Shown in pieces: positions 30,465-40,020 of a stretch of 64,000 nucleotides of DNA. Below the pieces are notes generated by a model. It made no database searches. It worked only from the letters and a program-made list of their open reading frames with translations, and was not told where the DNA came from. Numbering within the stretch: position 1 is the first letter of the stretch; the number at the start of each line of letters is the position of its first letter. The stretch comes from Capsulimonadaceae bacterium (lineage in GTDB: Bacteria; Armatimonadota; Armatimonadia; Armatimonadales; Capsulimonadaceae): assembly GCA_965215505.1 (NCBI GenBank), contig OZ244065.1:1184001-1248000 (forward strand). The letters run 5' to 3'. Both the position numbers and the translations under genes were made by a program.

Positions 30465-32207
30465 TCACCCTTCCCGCGAGCCTGCCTCAGACACACGCTC
30501 GGCCAGGAGATTGCCGCTGGGCTGGTAGAGGGCAAGTCCCGTCACCCGCCCCGCGTCCTCCTTCTGGAACTCGATCCGGTGGCCGCTCAGGCCTTCCACT
30601 TCAAACGTCGTCCCGCGAACGGGGCGGAGCGCGTAAGGCGACTGGCCGGGGAAGAGGGCCTGGAGCGTGCCGTCTTCCAGCAGGCGGATGAGGAGCGGAC
30701 GCCCGCCGAGCGTGTAGTCGCCGGCGAACGCCTCCAGGAAGGCCGGGTCGCGCAGGGCGGGGTCAGCGGCGCGGGCGAAGACGATGTCGGCGACCTGCGG
30801 CTCGAAGGCGATTTGCAGGCTGGCGATCTCGCCGCTCCAGTCCGTCTCGAACCGCACCTTGCGCCGCTCCAGGTTGTTCAGCTTGTCGGGAGGCGTCTCG
30901 AAGACGTCATAGTGGAAGTGATGCAGGGGCGACGTGAAGCCGTGGAAACCGATCCCCAGGCCCTCGCCGTCCGGCTTGATCTCGACAGCGCCGTAGGCAG
31001 GGTGTTTGTAGAGGCCGGGGTAATCGGAGAGCGCGTGCGACGGGCGCGTGTCCGGCTTGCGCGGCGTCAGCCCCCGGTCTTTGGCGGTATCCTCGGCGGC
31101 CTTGCCCTGGGCGACCAGTTCCTGGAGGCGCGCGCTCCACGCGACAGGCTCAAGGCCGAGGAGCCGGTCGTAGACTTGGTACATCAGCACGGACGGCAGG
31201 GACGACCCGGAGATGTTGCACAGGGCGACGACGCCCAGCCCGTCCTGCGGCAGAAACGAGAGCAGGGTCGAGAAGCCGGGCAATGCCCCGCCGTGCTGGA
31301 CCAGCTTGTGGCCCCGGTAGGAAGTGACGACGAAGCCCATGCCGTATTGGGAGTGGCCGAGTTCGGGGAAGGGCGAAACATCGGGGATGACCATCTGCGG
31401 CGTCTGCATCTGCGCGACATCCTGCTCCGACAGCACCACTTTGCCCCGGAATCGCCCGCCGTCCAGGTGCATCTGCACATAGCGGATCAGGTCGGCGACG
31501 CAGGAGTTGGCGCTGCCCGCCGGTCCCAGTGCGGCGTCCTCGTAGTAGGGGACCTCATTCACCTGCTCCGCGTCGTCCTTCTTGTAGGGCCGGGCGGCGT
31601 CGGCCTCTTTCCGCAAATCGGGGATGGAGGTACTGGTGCGGCTCATGCCCAGCGGCTTGAACAGGGTGCGCCGCACGGCCTCCTCCCAGGTGGTCCCGGT
31701 CAGCTCGCCCGCCAGATGGCCCGCCGTCATGTACATCAGGTTCTGATACTGGTAGGCGCTGCGGAAGTCCTTGCTCGGCTCCAGATGGCGCAGGCGCAGG
31801 TACAGTTCCCGGCGGGAGAGGGTGGCCCCATACCACGCGAAGTCATGGCGCGGCAGGCCGGAGCGGTGGGTGACCAGGTCGCGCGCCGTCATGCGGTCGG
31901 TGGCGACCGGGTCCCAGAGCCGGAAGTCGGGCAGGTATTCGCGGACGGGCCTGTCCCAGTCCAGCCTGCCCTGCCGGACCAGGGCGGCCAGGGTGGCGAC
32001 GGTGAGGGACTTGGTGACGCTGGCGAGGGGGAACACGGTCTGCGGCGTAACCGGCAGGGCGTTCTTGACGTCGCGCTGTCCGTAGCCGGCGCTCAGGATG
32101 ACCTTCCCGTCCTGGACCACGGCGAGGGCCACGCCCGGCACCTTCCATTGCGCCCGCTCCTGCTCGATGAACTCGTCCAGCCCCGCCAGCCGTGATTTCT
32201 CTGCCAT
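30465..32207 (-). CDS. Serine hydrolase (beta-lactamase/AmpC-like, DUF3471-like C-terminus)
   Basis: SVTK (SxxK), YQN and HGG motifs; GGAGG RBS. Confidence 0.88.
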   Translation of the reverse strand: MAEKSRLAGLDEFIEQERAQWKVPGVALAVVQDGKVILSAGYGQRDVKNALPVTPQTVFPLASVTKSLTVATLAALVRQGRLDWDRPVREYLPDFRLWDPVATDRMTARDLVTHRSGLPRHDFAWYGATLSRRELYLRLRHLEPSKDFRSAYQYQNLMYMTAGHLAGELTGTTWEEAVRRTLFKPLGMSRTSTSIPDLRKEADAARPYKKDDAEQVNEVPYYEDAALGPAGSANSCVADLIRYVQMHLDGGRFRGKVVLSEQDVAQMQTPQMVIPDVSPFPELGHSQYGMGFVVTSYRGHKLVQHGGALPGFSTLLSFLPQDGLGVVALCNISGSSLPSVLMYQVYDRLLGLEPVAWSARLQELVAQGKAAEDTAKDRGLTPRKPDTRPSHALSDYPGLYKHPAYGAVEIKPDGEGLGIGFHGFTSPLHHFHYDVFETPPDKLNNLERRKVRFETDWSGEIASLQIAFEPQVADIVFARAADPALRDPAFLEAFAGDYTLGGRPLLIRLLEDGTLQALFPGQSPYALRPVRGTTFEVEGLSGHRIEFQKEDAGRVTGLALYQPSGNLLAERVSEAGSREG

Positions 32208-32425
32208 GCCCGCCTCCTGCCGTTATGATACCCTACGCCGCTTCCCAAGAAATAAAAACCTGATATTTCTACTTTGGCATGATTCATGCAGTGGACAACA
32301 TTGACAAACCTGTTTTGTCCCTTTGTCCCGCAACAGCTCTCTCCATTGAGCGGGACATTCCTCCAGCACCGCACGACGCTTGGATTCTAGCCTGGACCAT
32401 TTCTCCCGCAGGAAGGGAAAAGACC

Positions 32426-33439
32426 ATGCAGATCTCTGATCACGCCAGAAGCTCGGCCTCCACGACCAGCCTTCTTCTGGCACTCGTCACCGCCGCCCTC
32501 ATCAGCACGGCCCGGCCCGCCCAGGCCCAGCTCACCCTGACATCGAATGGGACCGCTCTCGGCTTCAGCCTTTCCACCTTCGCAAGCGGCTTCTCTAGCG
32601 TCAACAACATCGGGCCACTCGGCATTGCCTTCCCCAGCGCGGGCGGCGTTCTGGCCACGGACTACCTCGGCAATGCGCGTCTCTTCCCGACAGACACCGA
32701 TGGGCAAAATGTCGCGTCTACGCCTGTGGCCCAAAACTACGGCAACAGAAACATCCTCGGCTTGGCACAGGTCGGCGGTGCCATTTACATGAGTCAGGAC
32801 AATCAGGGAAGTGTGCTTCAACTCAACCCTAACGGCACATTCAATCAAACCATTGTCAGTGGTCTCGGTGGAGCACAGGGCATCGTGGGGAACCCAGCGA
32901 ATGGGCATCTATTTGTCGCCAACGCCAACGGAAGAATCTTTGATGTCAACCCTATCGCCAAGACCGCGACAGCGTTGGTCATCGGTTTCCCAATCGACGG
33001 AGTCTCACTTTCTTCTGATGGCAAGACCTTGTATGGGGCCGACATCGCGAACGGTCACATCTACGGTTTTAACACCAGCACAGGTGCCGGAGTCTTCGAT
33101 TCAGGCTTTATCCCCGGCGGCGTAGACGGGACAGCAGTGGGCTACGGAAGCCTGACCGGCAATCTCTTCGTCAACACCAACGGCGGGACGCTGATGGAAA
33201 TCAGTCTGGCGAACTCATTCCTGCCGACAGCGATCGCCAGCGGCGGCTCCCGAGGCGATTTCGTAAGTGTGGACCCTAACAACGGGACTCTGTTACTGAC
33301 GCAGTCCGACCGCATCCTCCGCCTGTCGGGAGGCAACTTCAGCCCCGTCCCCGAAGCCTCTTCCGTCATTTCCTTTGGCTTGATGCTGCTCGGCGGCTGC
33401 GGTGTGTTCCTGGCTTCCCGGAAGCGCAAGCCTCGCTAG
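32426..33439 (+). CDS. PEP-CTERM sorting-domain protein (beta-propeller-like)
   Basis: Signal peptide; C-terminal VPEASS, transmembrane segment and RKRKPR. Confidence 0.85.
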   Translation: MQISDHARSSASTTSLLLALVTAALISTARPAQAQLTLTSNGTALGFSLSTFASGFSSVNNIGPLGIAFPSAGGVLATDYLGNARLFPTDTDGQNVASTPVAQNYGNRNILGLAQVGGAIYMSQDNQGSVLQLNPNGTFNQTIVSGLGGAQGIVGNPANGHLFVANANGRIFDVNPIAKTATALVIGFPIDGVSLSSDGKTLYGADIANGHIYGFNTSTGAGVFDSGFIPGGVDGTAVGYGSLTGNLFVNTNGGTLMEISLANSFLPTAIASGGSRGDFVSVDPNNGTLLLTQSDRILRLSGGNFSPVPEASSVISFGLMLLGGCGVFLASRKRKPR

Positions 33440-33453
33440 GCATGACACGCATC

Positions 33454-33503
33454 AAAAAAAGAACACCCGCACCTCCCGTGAGAGGGCGCGGGTGTTCTTT
33501 TTT
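33454..33503. terminator. Bidirectional intrinsic terminator
   Basis: A-tract-GAACACCCGC...GCGGGTGTTC-T-tract between convergent genes. Confidence 0.85.
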
Positions 33504-33523
33504 GCGACGGCCCGGCGCACGGA

Positions 33524-34597
33524 CTAGCTCAACGGCGCGGTCTTGGGCGCGTCGTACCAGTCCACCGTCCAGTCGTCGAACGAGGCGGTGGTGTTGCCCT
33601 GGGTCCACAGGCCGACCTTGCCGCCGGTGTAGTTCGGGAGGGTCGTGCTGATGCGCTTCTGCATGTCCACCCACCCACGCACCTGGCCGTCGTGGACCAG
33701 GAGCCGCAGCGTGTGCCAGCCGGGCGCGAGCGGCGTGGGGGCGGCGACCGCGGGCGGGGGGGTGATGCCGGCCACCGGGGAGACGGCAGGCACAGGCGGG
33801 ACCGGGGCGGCGGGCAGGGTGATCGAGGTCTGCTGCACGGTCGTGTGGGTGGCCCCGGCGATCTGGATCAGCGACAGGTCGCCCAGAGCCTGGTTGCACC
33901 GCAGGACGGTGTAGTTGTTCGGGTCGAGGTAGGCGCAGACGATGCCGACGGCGGGGCTGGCCTTGCCGGCGTCGATGCGGAAGCGGACGCGGATGTCGGC
34001 GTTGCGCCCCTGGTCGGCGCGGTCCAGCAGGAGGGCGAAGCGGTCCGCCCGGAAGTTCGGGCCTGTAGCGCGGGCGACCATGCCGTCGGGTCCGGCCTTG
34101 TCGGCGGCGACGGACCAGACCGGGGCCGGGCCGGGCGTCCCCGACCCGACCGGGGCCAGGCCCGTCAGGCCGCCCGCCGCGAAGTTGAAGACGCGGGTGG
34201 AGGCGGGCGCGTCCGTCCAGACGTCCAGCGTGTCGGTCGCCCACGGGTCGGACGGGCGCTGGTTGCGGCCCCCCGGACCCGTCTTGGGCGCGAAGGTCGC
34301 CAGATAGTCCACGATCTGGGCGGCCTCTCCCGGCTCGATGGAGTCGGAGGCGTGGTACTTGGTCAGCATCGTCGTCACGGTGCGCTGCCACTCGCGCCGG
34401 GTGTAGGCCTTCTCCTCGGGCTTGGGCAGGTTATGGCAGGCGGAACACTTCTCGGCGTAGAGGGCCTTGACCTGAGTGGTGTCGGCCTTGGGTGTGTCGG
34501 CGACCGAGCGCGTGGGGGCGGACAGGCCGGCCGAAAGGGCGATGCCTGCGGCGGCGAGGGAGGTGACGGCGGCGACAAGGGTGCGAGGGTTCTTCAT
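33524..34597 (-). CDS. Exported monoheme cytochrome c fused to a concanavalin/LamG-like beta-sandwich
   Basis: Signal peptide, CSACH, then GWHTLRL...GGKVGLWT...SFDD. Confidence 0.7.
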   Translation of the reverse strand: MKNPRTLVAAVTSLAAAGIALSAGLSAPTRSVADTPKADTTQVKALYAEKCSACHNLPKPEEKAYTRREWQRTVTTMLTKYHASDSIEPGEAAQIVDYLATFAPKTGPGGRNQRPSDPWATDTLDVWTDAPASTRVFNFAAGGLTGLAPVGSGTPGPAPVWSVAADKAGPDGMVARATGPNFRADRFALLLDRADQGRNADIRVRFRIDAGKASPAVGIVCAYLDPNNYTVLRCNQALGDLSLIQIAGATHTTVQQTSITLPAAPVPPVPAVSPVAGITPPPAVAAPTPLAPGWHTLRLLVHDGQVRGWVDMQKRISTTLPNYTGGKVGLWTQGNTTASFDDWTVDWYDAPKTAPLS

Positions 34598-34698
34598 GGG
34601 ACAAAGTCTCCGGTGACGGCGATCAAGCGACGGTTTATTATAGCACGGATACGGCTGCGGTAGGTTGAAGACGCACGGCGGGACACGAAAGTTCACCC

Positions 34699-34727
34699 TT
34701 GACAAAGCGCCCGCCCGGTGTTATAAT
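34699..34727 (+). promoter_or_regulatory. Consensus sigma70 promoter
   Basis: TTGACA-17 nt-TATAAT. Confidence 0.85.
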
Positions 34728-34764
34728 TCCGGGTCCCTCATCCCCATATTTCTACGAGGTCGCT

Positions 34765-34983
34765 TTGCAAGGATACTGTGTGCGCTGCCGCGCCAAACAG
34801 GAGATGCTCTCCGCCACACGGACGCTCATGAAGAACGGCCGCCGCGCCATGGTCGGCCTGTGCGCCTGCTGCGGCACGAAGATGTCGGTGGCCGGCAGGT
34901 GGGACGATGCGCCGGAGCAGGTGGCCCAGACGCAAGAGAACCCGGCCCCTCCCGCTCGCGAAAACGGCCGGGATTCTGGGTAG
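34765..34983 (+). CDS. Small zinc-ribbon protein (DUF5679-like)
   Basis: YCVRC...MKNGR...GLCACCGTKM; GAGGT RBS before a TTG start. Confidence 0.7.
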   Translation: MQGYCVRCRAKQEMLSATRTLMKNGRRAMVGLCACCGTKMSVAGRWDDAPEQVAQTQENPAPPARENGRDSG

Positions 34984-35026
34984 AATGAGGACGGCGCGAC
35001 CCCGCGCAAGGAAGGTCTTTTCCCCA

Positions 35027-36175
35027 ATGGCAAATGATAAAGAATTTGTAAAAGGCCTGGAAGACGTGATCGCCGGCGAGTCCTCCATCTGTGACGTGGA
35101 CGGCAAGAACGGCAAGCTGATCTACCGGGGCTACGACATCCACGACCTGGCCCAGAACACGACCTTCGAGGAGGTCGTGTATTTGTTTTGGAACGGCGGC
35201 CTGCCGACGGCGAGCCAGTTGAGCGCGCTGCAAGCGGACCTTGACGCCGCCCGCGCCCTGCCCGAAGCGGCACTCGACATGCTCCGGCGGTTCCCCAAGA
35301 CGGCGACCGCGATGGATGCTCTGCGGACGGCGACCTCGCTGCTGGCACTCTACGATCCCGACGAGGGCGACGAGAGCATGGAAGCCAACAAGCGAAAGGC
35401 ACTGCGCCTGACCGCCCAGATGGGCACCATCGTCGCGACCCTGGACCGGCTGCGGCAGGGCGAGGAGCCGGTCGCACCGAAGCCCGGCCTGTCCACGGCG
35501 GGCAATTTTCTGTACCAGCTGACCGGCCGAGAGCCGAGCGAAACCGAGACGCACGCCCTGGACGTTGCCCTCGTCCTGCACGCCGACCACGAGCTGAACG
35601 CCTCCACCTTCGCCGCCCGCGTCACCGTCGCCACCCTGACCGACATGTACAGCGCCGTCACCAGCGCCGTCGGGACGCTGGCCGGACCGCTCCACGGCGG
35701 CGCGAACGTCAACGTCATGCACCTGCTGGCACAGATCGGCACGCCGGACCGGGCCGAAGAGGTCGTGGGGCAGATGCTGGCTGAGGGCAAGAAGATCCCC
35801 GGCATCGGCCACCGCGTCTACCGCGCGCTCGACCCGCGCGCCGTGTCCCTGCGCGAGATGTCCCGGCAGCTCGCCGAGTCGTCGGGCGACTCGAAGTGGT
35901 ACGAGATCAGCGAGCGCGTGCAGGAGGCCGCCGACAGGGCGCTGGCCGCCAAGGGCAAGACGACGCTGAAGGCGAACGTGGACTTCTTCTCCGCCTCGGT
36001 CTATCACATGCTGGGCATCCCCGACGACCTGTTCACGCCGGTCTTCGCCATCTCCCGCGTGGCGGGCTGGACCGCGCACATCCTGGAACAGCTCGGCGAC
36101 AACCGCCTGATCCGCCCGCGCGCCATCTACACCGGCCCGCGCGACCTGACGGTGAAGCCGATCGGCGAGCGGTAG
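35027..36175 (+). CDS. gltA: Citrate synthase (type I/2-methylcitrate synthase family)
   Basis: LHADHELNAST, GPLHGGA, GIGHRVY and NVDF motifs. Confidence 0.9.
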   Translation: MANDKEFVKGLEDVIAGESSICDVDGKNGKLIYRGYDIHDLAQNTTFEEVVYLFWNGGLPTASQLSALQADLDAARALPEAALDMLRRFPKTATAMDALRTATSLLALYDPDEGDESMEANKRKALRLTAQMGTIVATLDRLRQGEEPVAPKPGLSTAGNFLYQLTGREPSETETHALDVALVLHADHELNASTFAARVTVATLTDMYSAVTSAVGTLAGPLHGGANVNVMHLLAQIGTPDRAEEVVGQMLAEGKKIPGIGHRVYRALDPRAVSLREMSRQLAESSGDSKWYEISERVQEAADRALAAKGKTTLKANVDFFSASVYHMLGIPDDLFTPVFAISRVAGWTAHILEQLGDNRLIRPRAIYTGPRDLTVKPIGER

Positions 36176-36190
36176 ACACCCGACGCAGCG

Positions 36191-36230
36191 CAAGCGGCGG
36201 CCTCTCCCTTTCAGGAGAGGCCGCCGCTTG
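36191..36230. terminator. Intrinsic terminator hairpin
   Basis: CAAGCGGCGGCCTCTCC..GGAGAGGCCGCCGCTTG followed by TTT. Confidence 0.75.
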
Positions 36231-36267
36231 TTTGTGAAGGCTCGGGCCGGCAGATGCGAACGGTCCG

Positions 36268-36561
36268 TCAGGAGACGCGGACCCGGATGTCGTGGGTGGC
36301 GTGGGGGGGCTTGTCCGGCTCGAACCGCCGCGCCTGGCGGAAGTGGACGACGGTTTCGCCCGCCCCCACCCCCTTCAGCGCGAACTGTTCGTCCCGGCTC
36401 CCGGTACGCCCCCGCTCCGGGCCGGCGGGGACCGTCCCGAGCGCCTCGACGGCCACGACCGCCGGGTCTTCGGCCACCGCCGACCACTGGTAGCCCGCCG
36501 TGCCAAGCCCCGGCAGGGCCACCGTGGTCTGCTCGCCCGTCCGCAGCGCGATCTCTTCCAT
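36268..36561 (-). CDS. Chagasin-family (I42) cysteine protease inhibitor
   Basis: LPGLGTAGYQW, G..E.F and Q.R.FE patterns; directly downstream of the papain gene. Confidence 0.75.
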   Translation of the reverse strand: MEEIALRTGEQTTVALPGLGTAGYQWSAVAEDPAVVAVEALGTVPAGPERGRTGSRDEQFALKGVGAGETVVHFRQARRFEPDKPPHATHDIRVRVS

Positions 36562-36596
36562 GGGTTGTTCCCCCGCGCCGCGAACGGGCGACGCCC

Positions 36597-38567
36597 TCAG
36601 TGCGTGGTCGAGCCGAAGACCGGCCCGGTGTGCCAGCCGTCGCCGCCGCGCCAGTAGTGCTGGAGGCCGCCGTCATTGAGCAGGGCGATCACCTCCAGGT
36701 CGAAGCCGAAGCTCGACTCGATTAGGCCGATGACCTGGCGGACGTTCCCGCCGAAGGTCGCGCTGTGGGACCAGTTCTGGCTCCCCTCGTTGTCCCGCCA
36801 CCAGTGCTGGATCTGGCCGTTCACGGCGACGCACAGCTCGTAGTTACCCTGCTTCAGCTCGGTCGTGGCGGCGAACTCGCCCTCGATCATGACGGGCGGA
36901 CTCTTGACCCCCGCCCCGAACTTCTCGGCCGCCGCCCAGCCCTTCTTGTCGGCGTCGTCGCGCCAGTACCGCTGCATGGTGCCGTCGGTGTTGACGCACA
37001 CCACGTCCAGGCCCCGGTCGTGGCGCTGGACCAGGGTTGCCCCGCTGAGGGCGACGTTCGCGCCGAAGGCCGCGCTCTGCTGCCAGGTCCACGGGGGGCC
37101 GTCCATCCGCCACCAGTGGACGAGGTTCCCGGCCGCCGTCCGGACCACGACCTCGAAGTTGCCGGGTGCGCCGTAGTCGCTCTGGATGAAGCCGGGGACG
37201 CCCGCGACGTTCGGCGGGCCGAACACGCCGCCGTCGTTCCATTTGGCGGTCGCCTGGTCGAAGAAGCGGTGGTGCAGCCGCCCGTTCGTTGTGGGGTAGA
37301 TGTACTCGAAGTTGCGGTTGAAGGTCGTCCCGGTCGCGGTGGGGCTTGCCGCGCAGTCGTTCGCCACCGTCTCGGCCAGCGCCCAGACGAGGGAACTGCC
37401 GTCCCGCCAGTAGTGGCGGATCGCGCCGCCGGGGGCGACGGACCAGGTTTCAAAGTTGCGGTGCAGTGCGCCGTCCCCGCTCTCGAACAGGTTCCCATTG
37501 TGGATGCGGCGTTTGGTGCAGGGGTCAGGGTTGAGGTTCGTGTTGGGGACGCCGAACTTGGCGTTGTCGTCGATGCCGCACTGGCCGTACCCGAACCAGC
37601 AGTAGCCGGCCATTCCCCAGCTCGTGCCCCAGGAGTTGCGGATCAGCCAGGCCTGGCGCGCGTCGTCGTACCCGACGATCACGATGCAGTGGCCGCCGCG
37701 CAAGGCCCCCGTGACGTGCTTGTACACGCCGGAGTTCGCCCCGTAAGCGTCGAAGTCCTCGAAGCACTCGAAGCAGGCGGAGAGCGGGCCGACGGCGTCG
37801 AGCCAGTCCTTCTGGTCCTGGATGTTGCTCAGGGTCACATAGCCCCCCACCTTGACGGTGCGGCCCGTCCGGTCCGAGGTGGGGGCGTAGGGCTTGTTCG
37901 CCGTCTCGTAGGGCCAGCAGCCGGGGTCGGCGACGCCCTTGGAGTCCATGAAGTCCAGCGCGTGCGTCGGCCAGCCGCCGTCCCCGCAGGCCGTCCCCAT
38001 GCCGTCGTGTACGTCGCCCTCGGAGCGCAGGCTCCAGACGAAGTGTTCGATGCGCGTCATCGCCTCGACCACCCCGACCGCGCTGAAGGCCCAGCAGGAC
38101 TCGCACGGCCCCTGGTCCTTGATCTGGGTCAGCCAGGTCCAGCTGAAACGGTTCCGCCAGTCTACCGAGGCGGGTGCGCCGCCGCCCGACGGCCCGCCGG
38201 ACACCGATGGTGCCCCGGCGACGGGTGCCTCCACATGGAGGACATGCCCGTTGGCGGAGATCGGGCCGAGGTTCTTGATGACGGGGCTGCTGGGCGCGTT
38301 GGGGATGAGCGTGTGCAGGGCGTCGGCGTTCATGAAGCCGCGCTGGATGCGCCGGTCGCGCAGGAAGGGGTTGTTGGTCGGGCCGCTCAGGAACTCCCTG
38401 ATCTGGACGCGCGGCACGTTTGCCGCCTTGACGGCCTGGGCGAGATCGCCCCCGAGGGCGTGGTGCGGGAGGGCATCCTGATCGCGCATCTGCGCGTCGA
38501 TCTTCCAGGATGCGTTGGCGGCGGTCAGTGCCTTACGCACGTCGCCGATAGTTAAAGCAGTTGGCAT
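36597..38567 (-). CDS. C1A papain-family peptidase with C-terminal Trp-rich beta-propeller-like repeats
   Basis: SVDWR, QGPCESCWAFS, GGHCIVIVGY and RNSWG; repeated NFEVV..G.L.HWWR units. Confidence 0.88.
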   Translation of the reverse strand: MPTALTIGDVRKALTAANASWKIDAQMRDQDALPHHALGGDLAQAVKAANVPRVQIREFLSGPTNNPFLRDRRIQRGFMNADALHTLIPNAPSSPVIKNLGPISANGHVLHVEAPVAGAPSVSGGPSGGGAPASVDWRNRFSWTWLTQIKDQGPCESCWAFSAVGVVEAMTRIEHFVWSLRSEGDVHDGMGTACGDGGWPTHALDFMDSKGVADPGCWPYETANKPYAPTSDRTGRTVKVGGYVTLSNIQDQKDWLDAVGPLSACFECFEDFDAYGANSGVYKHVTGALRGGHCIVIVGYDDARQAWLIRNSWGTSWGMAGYCWFGYGQCGIDDNAKFGVPNTNLNPDPCTKRRIHNGNLFESGDGALHRNFETWSVAPGGAIRHYWRDGSSLVWALAETVANDCAASPTATGTTFNRNFEYIYPTTNGRLHHRFFDQATAKWNDGGVFGPPNVAGVPGFIQSDYGAPGNFEVVVRTAAGNLVHWWRMDGPPWTWQQSAAFGANVALSGATLVQRHDRGLDVVCVNTDGTMQRYWRDDADKKGWAAAEKFGAGVKSPPVMIEGEFAATTELKQGNYELCVAVNGQIQHWWRDNEGSQNWSHSATFGGNVRQVIGLIESSFGFDLEVIALLNDGGLQHYWRGGDGWHTGPVFGSTTH

Positions 38568-38721
38568 AGAACTCTCCTTGAAGCAGCAGTGGTTTCGGGG
38601 TCTAGCAACGGTGGTCCCTGCGGCGGCTCTTACGGCGCGTCGTCAGGTCTTGCGGGTGGAACGGGCAGGACAGGGGACTTGGTACATCGCGTGAGAGAAC
38701 TGTTGGAAACGCGATGAATGT

Positions 38722-38750
38722 ATTATAAGCCATTTTTCGTGATCTGTCAA
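38722..38750 (-). promoter_or_regulatory. Consensus sigma70 promoter of the protease-inhibitor operon
   Basis: TTGACA-17 nt-TATAAT on the minus strand. Confidence 0.8.
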
Positions 38751-38806
38751 GCCCTATTTTTGGTGTCTCGATGACATGAGAGCATGGAGGGGCGGACATG
38801 GAGAAG

Positions 38807-38833
38807 AAGGGCGAACACGAGGTTCGCCCCCAC
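38807..38833 (-). repeat. Degenerate GTAG-type REP
   Basis: AAGGGCGAACACGAGGTTCGCCCCCAC. Confidence 0.6.
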
Positions 38834-38959
38834 GGCAACGGGACCCTTTGTTCAGGGAGCGCGTCGCCACGTCCGGGGCGGCCAGATCGCCCGGCACGGG
38901 GGCATCAACCCGCGTGAACGTCCGCCGTATCAAGGAGCCGCTACTGCATGCGTCTCCCC

Positions 38960-40006
38960 TTACCGCTTGATGATCGCGTCGTCGTTGCCCGCCGTGACGA
39001 AGCCGCGCAGGAGCGGGCCAGCCAGGAACTCGTGCGGGAAGCCGAGTTCGATGCGGCTGGCCTCGTTCAGCTTTTCCAGTTGAGCCGCTCCCAATGTCAC
39101 GTCCAGGCAGGCGAGGTTGTCCTCGATCTGGTGCGCCTTGCGCGAACCGATGATCGGGATGACGTCCGGCCCCTGCGCCAGAAGCCAGGCCAGGGCGACC
39201 TGCGAGGGAGTCCGGCCCATCTCCGATGCGGCATCCACGACCGCCTGCGCGATGGACAGCTTGCGCTCGGAGAGGGGCGGCGAGCCGTCGCCGCCCAGCC
39301 GGGCACCCGCCTCTTTGGCGTCCCCGTTGTACTTGCCGGTCAGCACGCCTTGCCCCAGCGGGGACCAGGGGGTGACGGTCAGGCCGAACGCCTTCGCCAT
39401 CGGGATCAGGTCTCGCTCCGGCGTCCTCTCGATCAGGCTGTACTCGATTTGCAGGGCCACGAACGGCGTCCACCCGCGCAGGTCGGCCAGCGTATTAGCC
39501 TGGGAGACGACCCAGGCCGGGGCGTCGGAGATGCCGACGTAGCCGACCTTGCCCGCGCTGACCAGGTCGTCCAGGCCGCGCATGACTTCGTCCACGGGCG
39601 TCATGAAGTCCCACGCGTGGAGCCAGAGCAGGTCAATGTAGTCGGTGCCGAGCCGCTTCAGGCTGCCCTCCACCGAGCGCATCATGTTCTTGCGGCTGTT
39701 GCCGGCAGCGTTCGGGTTGCCCGCGTTGGCCGGGGACATGGGGCTGTCGGGCAGGGTGTACTTGGTGGCGAGGACGAACCGGTCCCGGTCGCCCGCGATC
39801 AGCTCGCCGGTGATCGTCTCGCTGCTGCCGTTGGTGTAGAGGTTGGCGGTGTCAATGAAGTTGCCACCCGCCGCCGTGAACGCCTCGAAGACGGCCCGGC
39901 TCTCGTCTTTGGAGGCCCCCCAGCCCCAATCCTCCCCGAAGGTCATGGTGCCGAGGCACAGCTCCGACACGCGCAGGCCGCTCCGGCCCAGTAGCTTGTA
40001 TTTCAT
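38960..40006 (-). CDS. Aldo/keto reductase
   Basis: LCLGTMTFG, DTANLY, LATKY and QIEYSL motifs. Confidence 0.92.
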   Translation of the reverse strand: MKYKLLGRSGLRVSELCLGTMTFGEDWGWGASKDESRAVFEAFTAAGGNFIDTANLYTNGSSETITGELIAGDRDRFVLATKYTLPDSPMSPANAGNPNAAGNSRKNMMRSVEGSLKRLGTDYIDLLWLHAWDFMTPVDEVMRGLDDLVSAGKVGYVGISDAPAWVVSQANTLADLRGWTPFVALQIEYSLIERTPERDLIPMAKAFGLTVTPWSPLGQGVLTGKYNGDAKEAGARLGGDGSPPLSERKLSIAQAVVDAASEMGRTPSQVALAWLLAQGPDVIPIIGSRKAHQIEDNLACLDVTLGAAQLEKLNEASRIELGFPHEFLAGPLLRGFVTAGNDDAIIKR

Positions 40007-40020
40007 CGTGTTCTCTTTCT

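Noticed and set aside
29547-32195. 882-aa plus-strand ORF and similar long ORFs (10607-12244, 34826-36676, 36765-38555, 52227-54056, 62012-63520)
   Set aside because: These are antisense shadows of well-supported genes in high-GC DNA and carry no motifs
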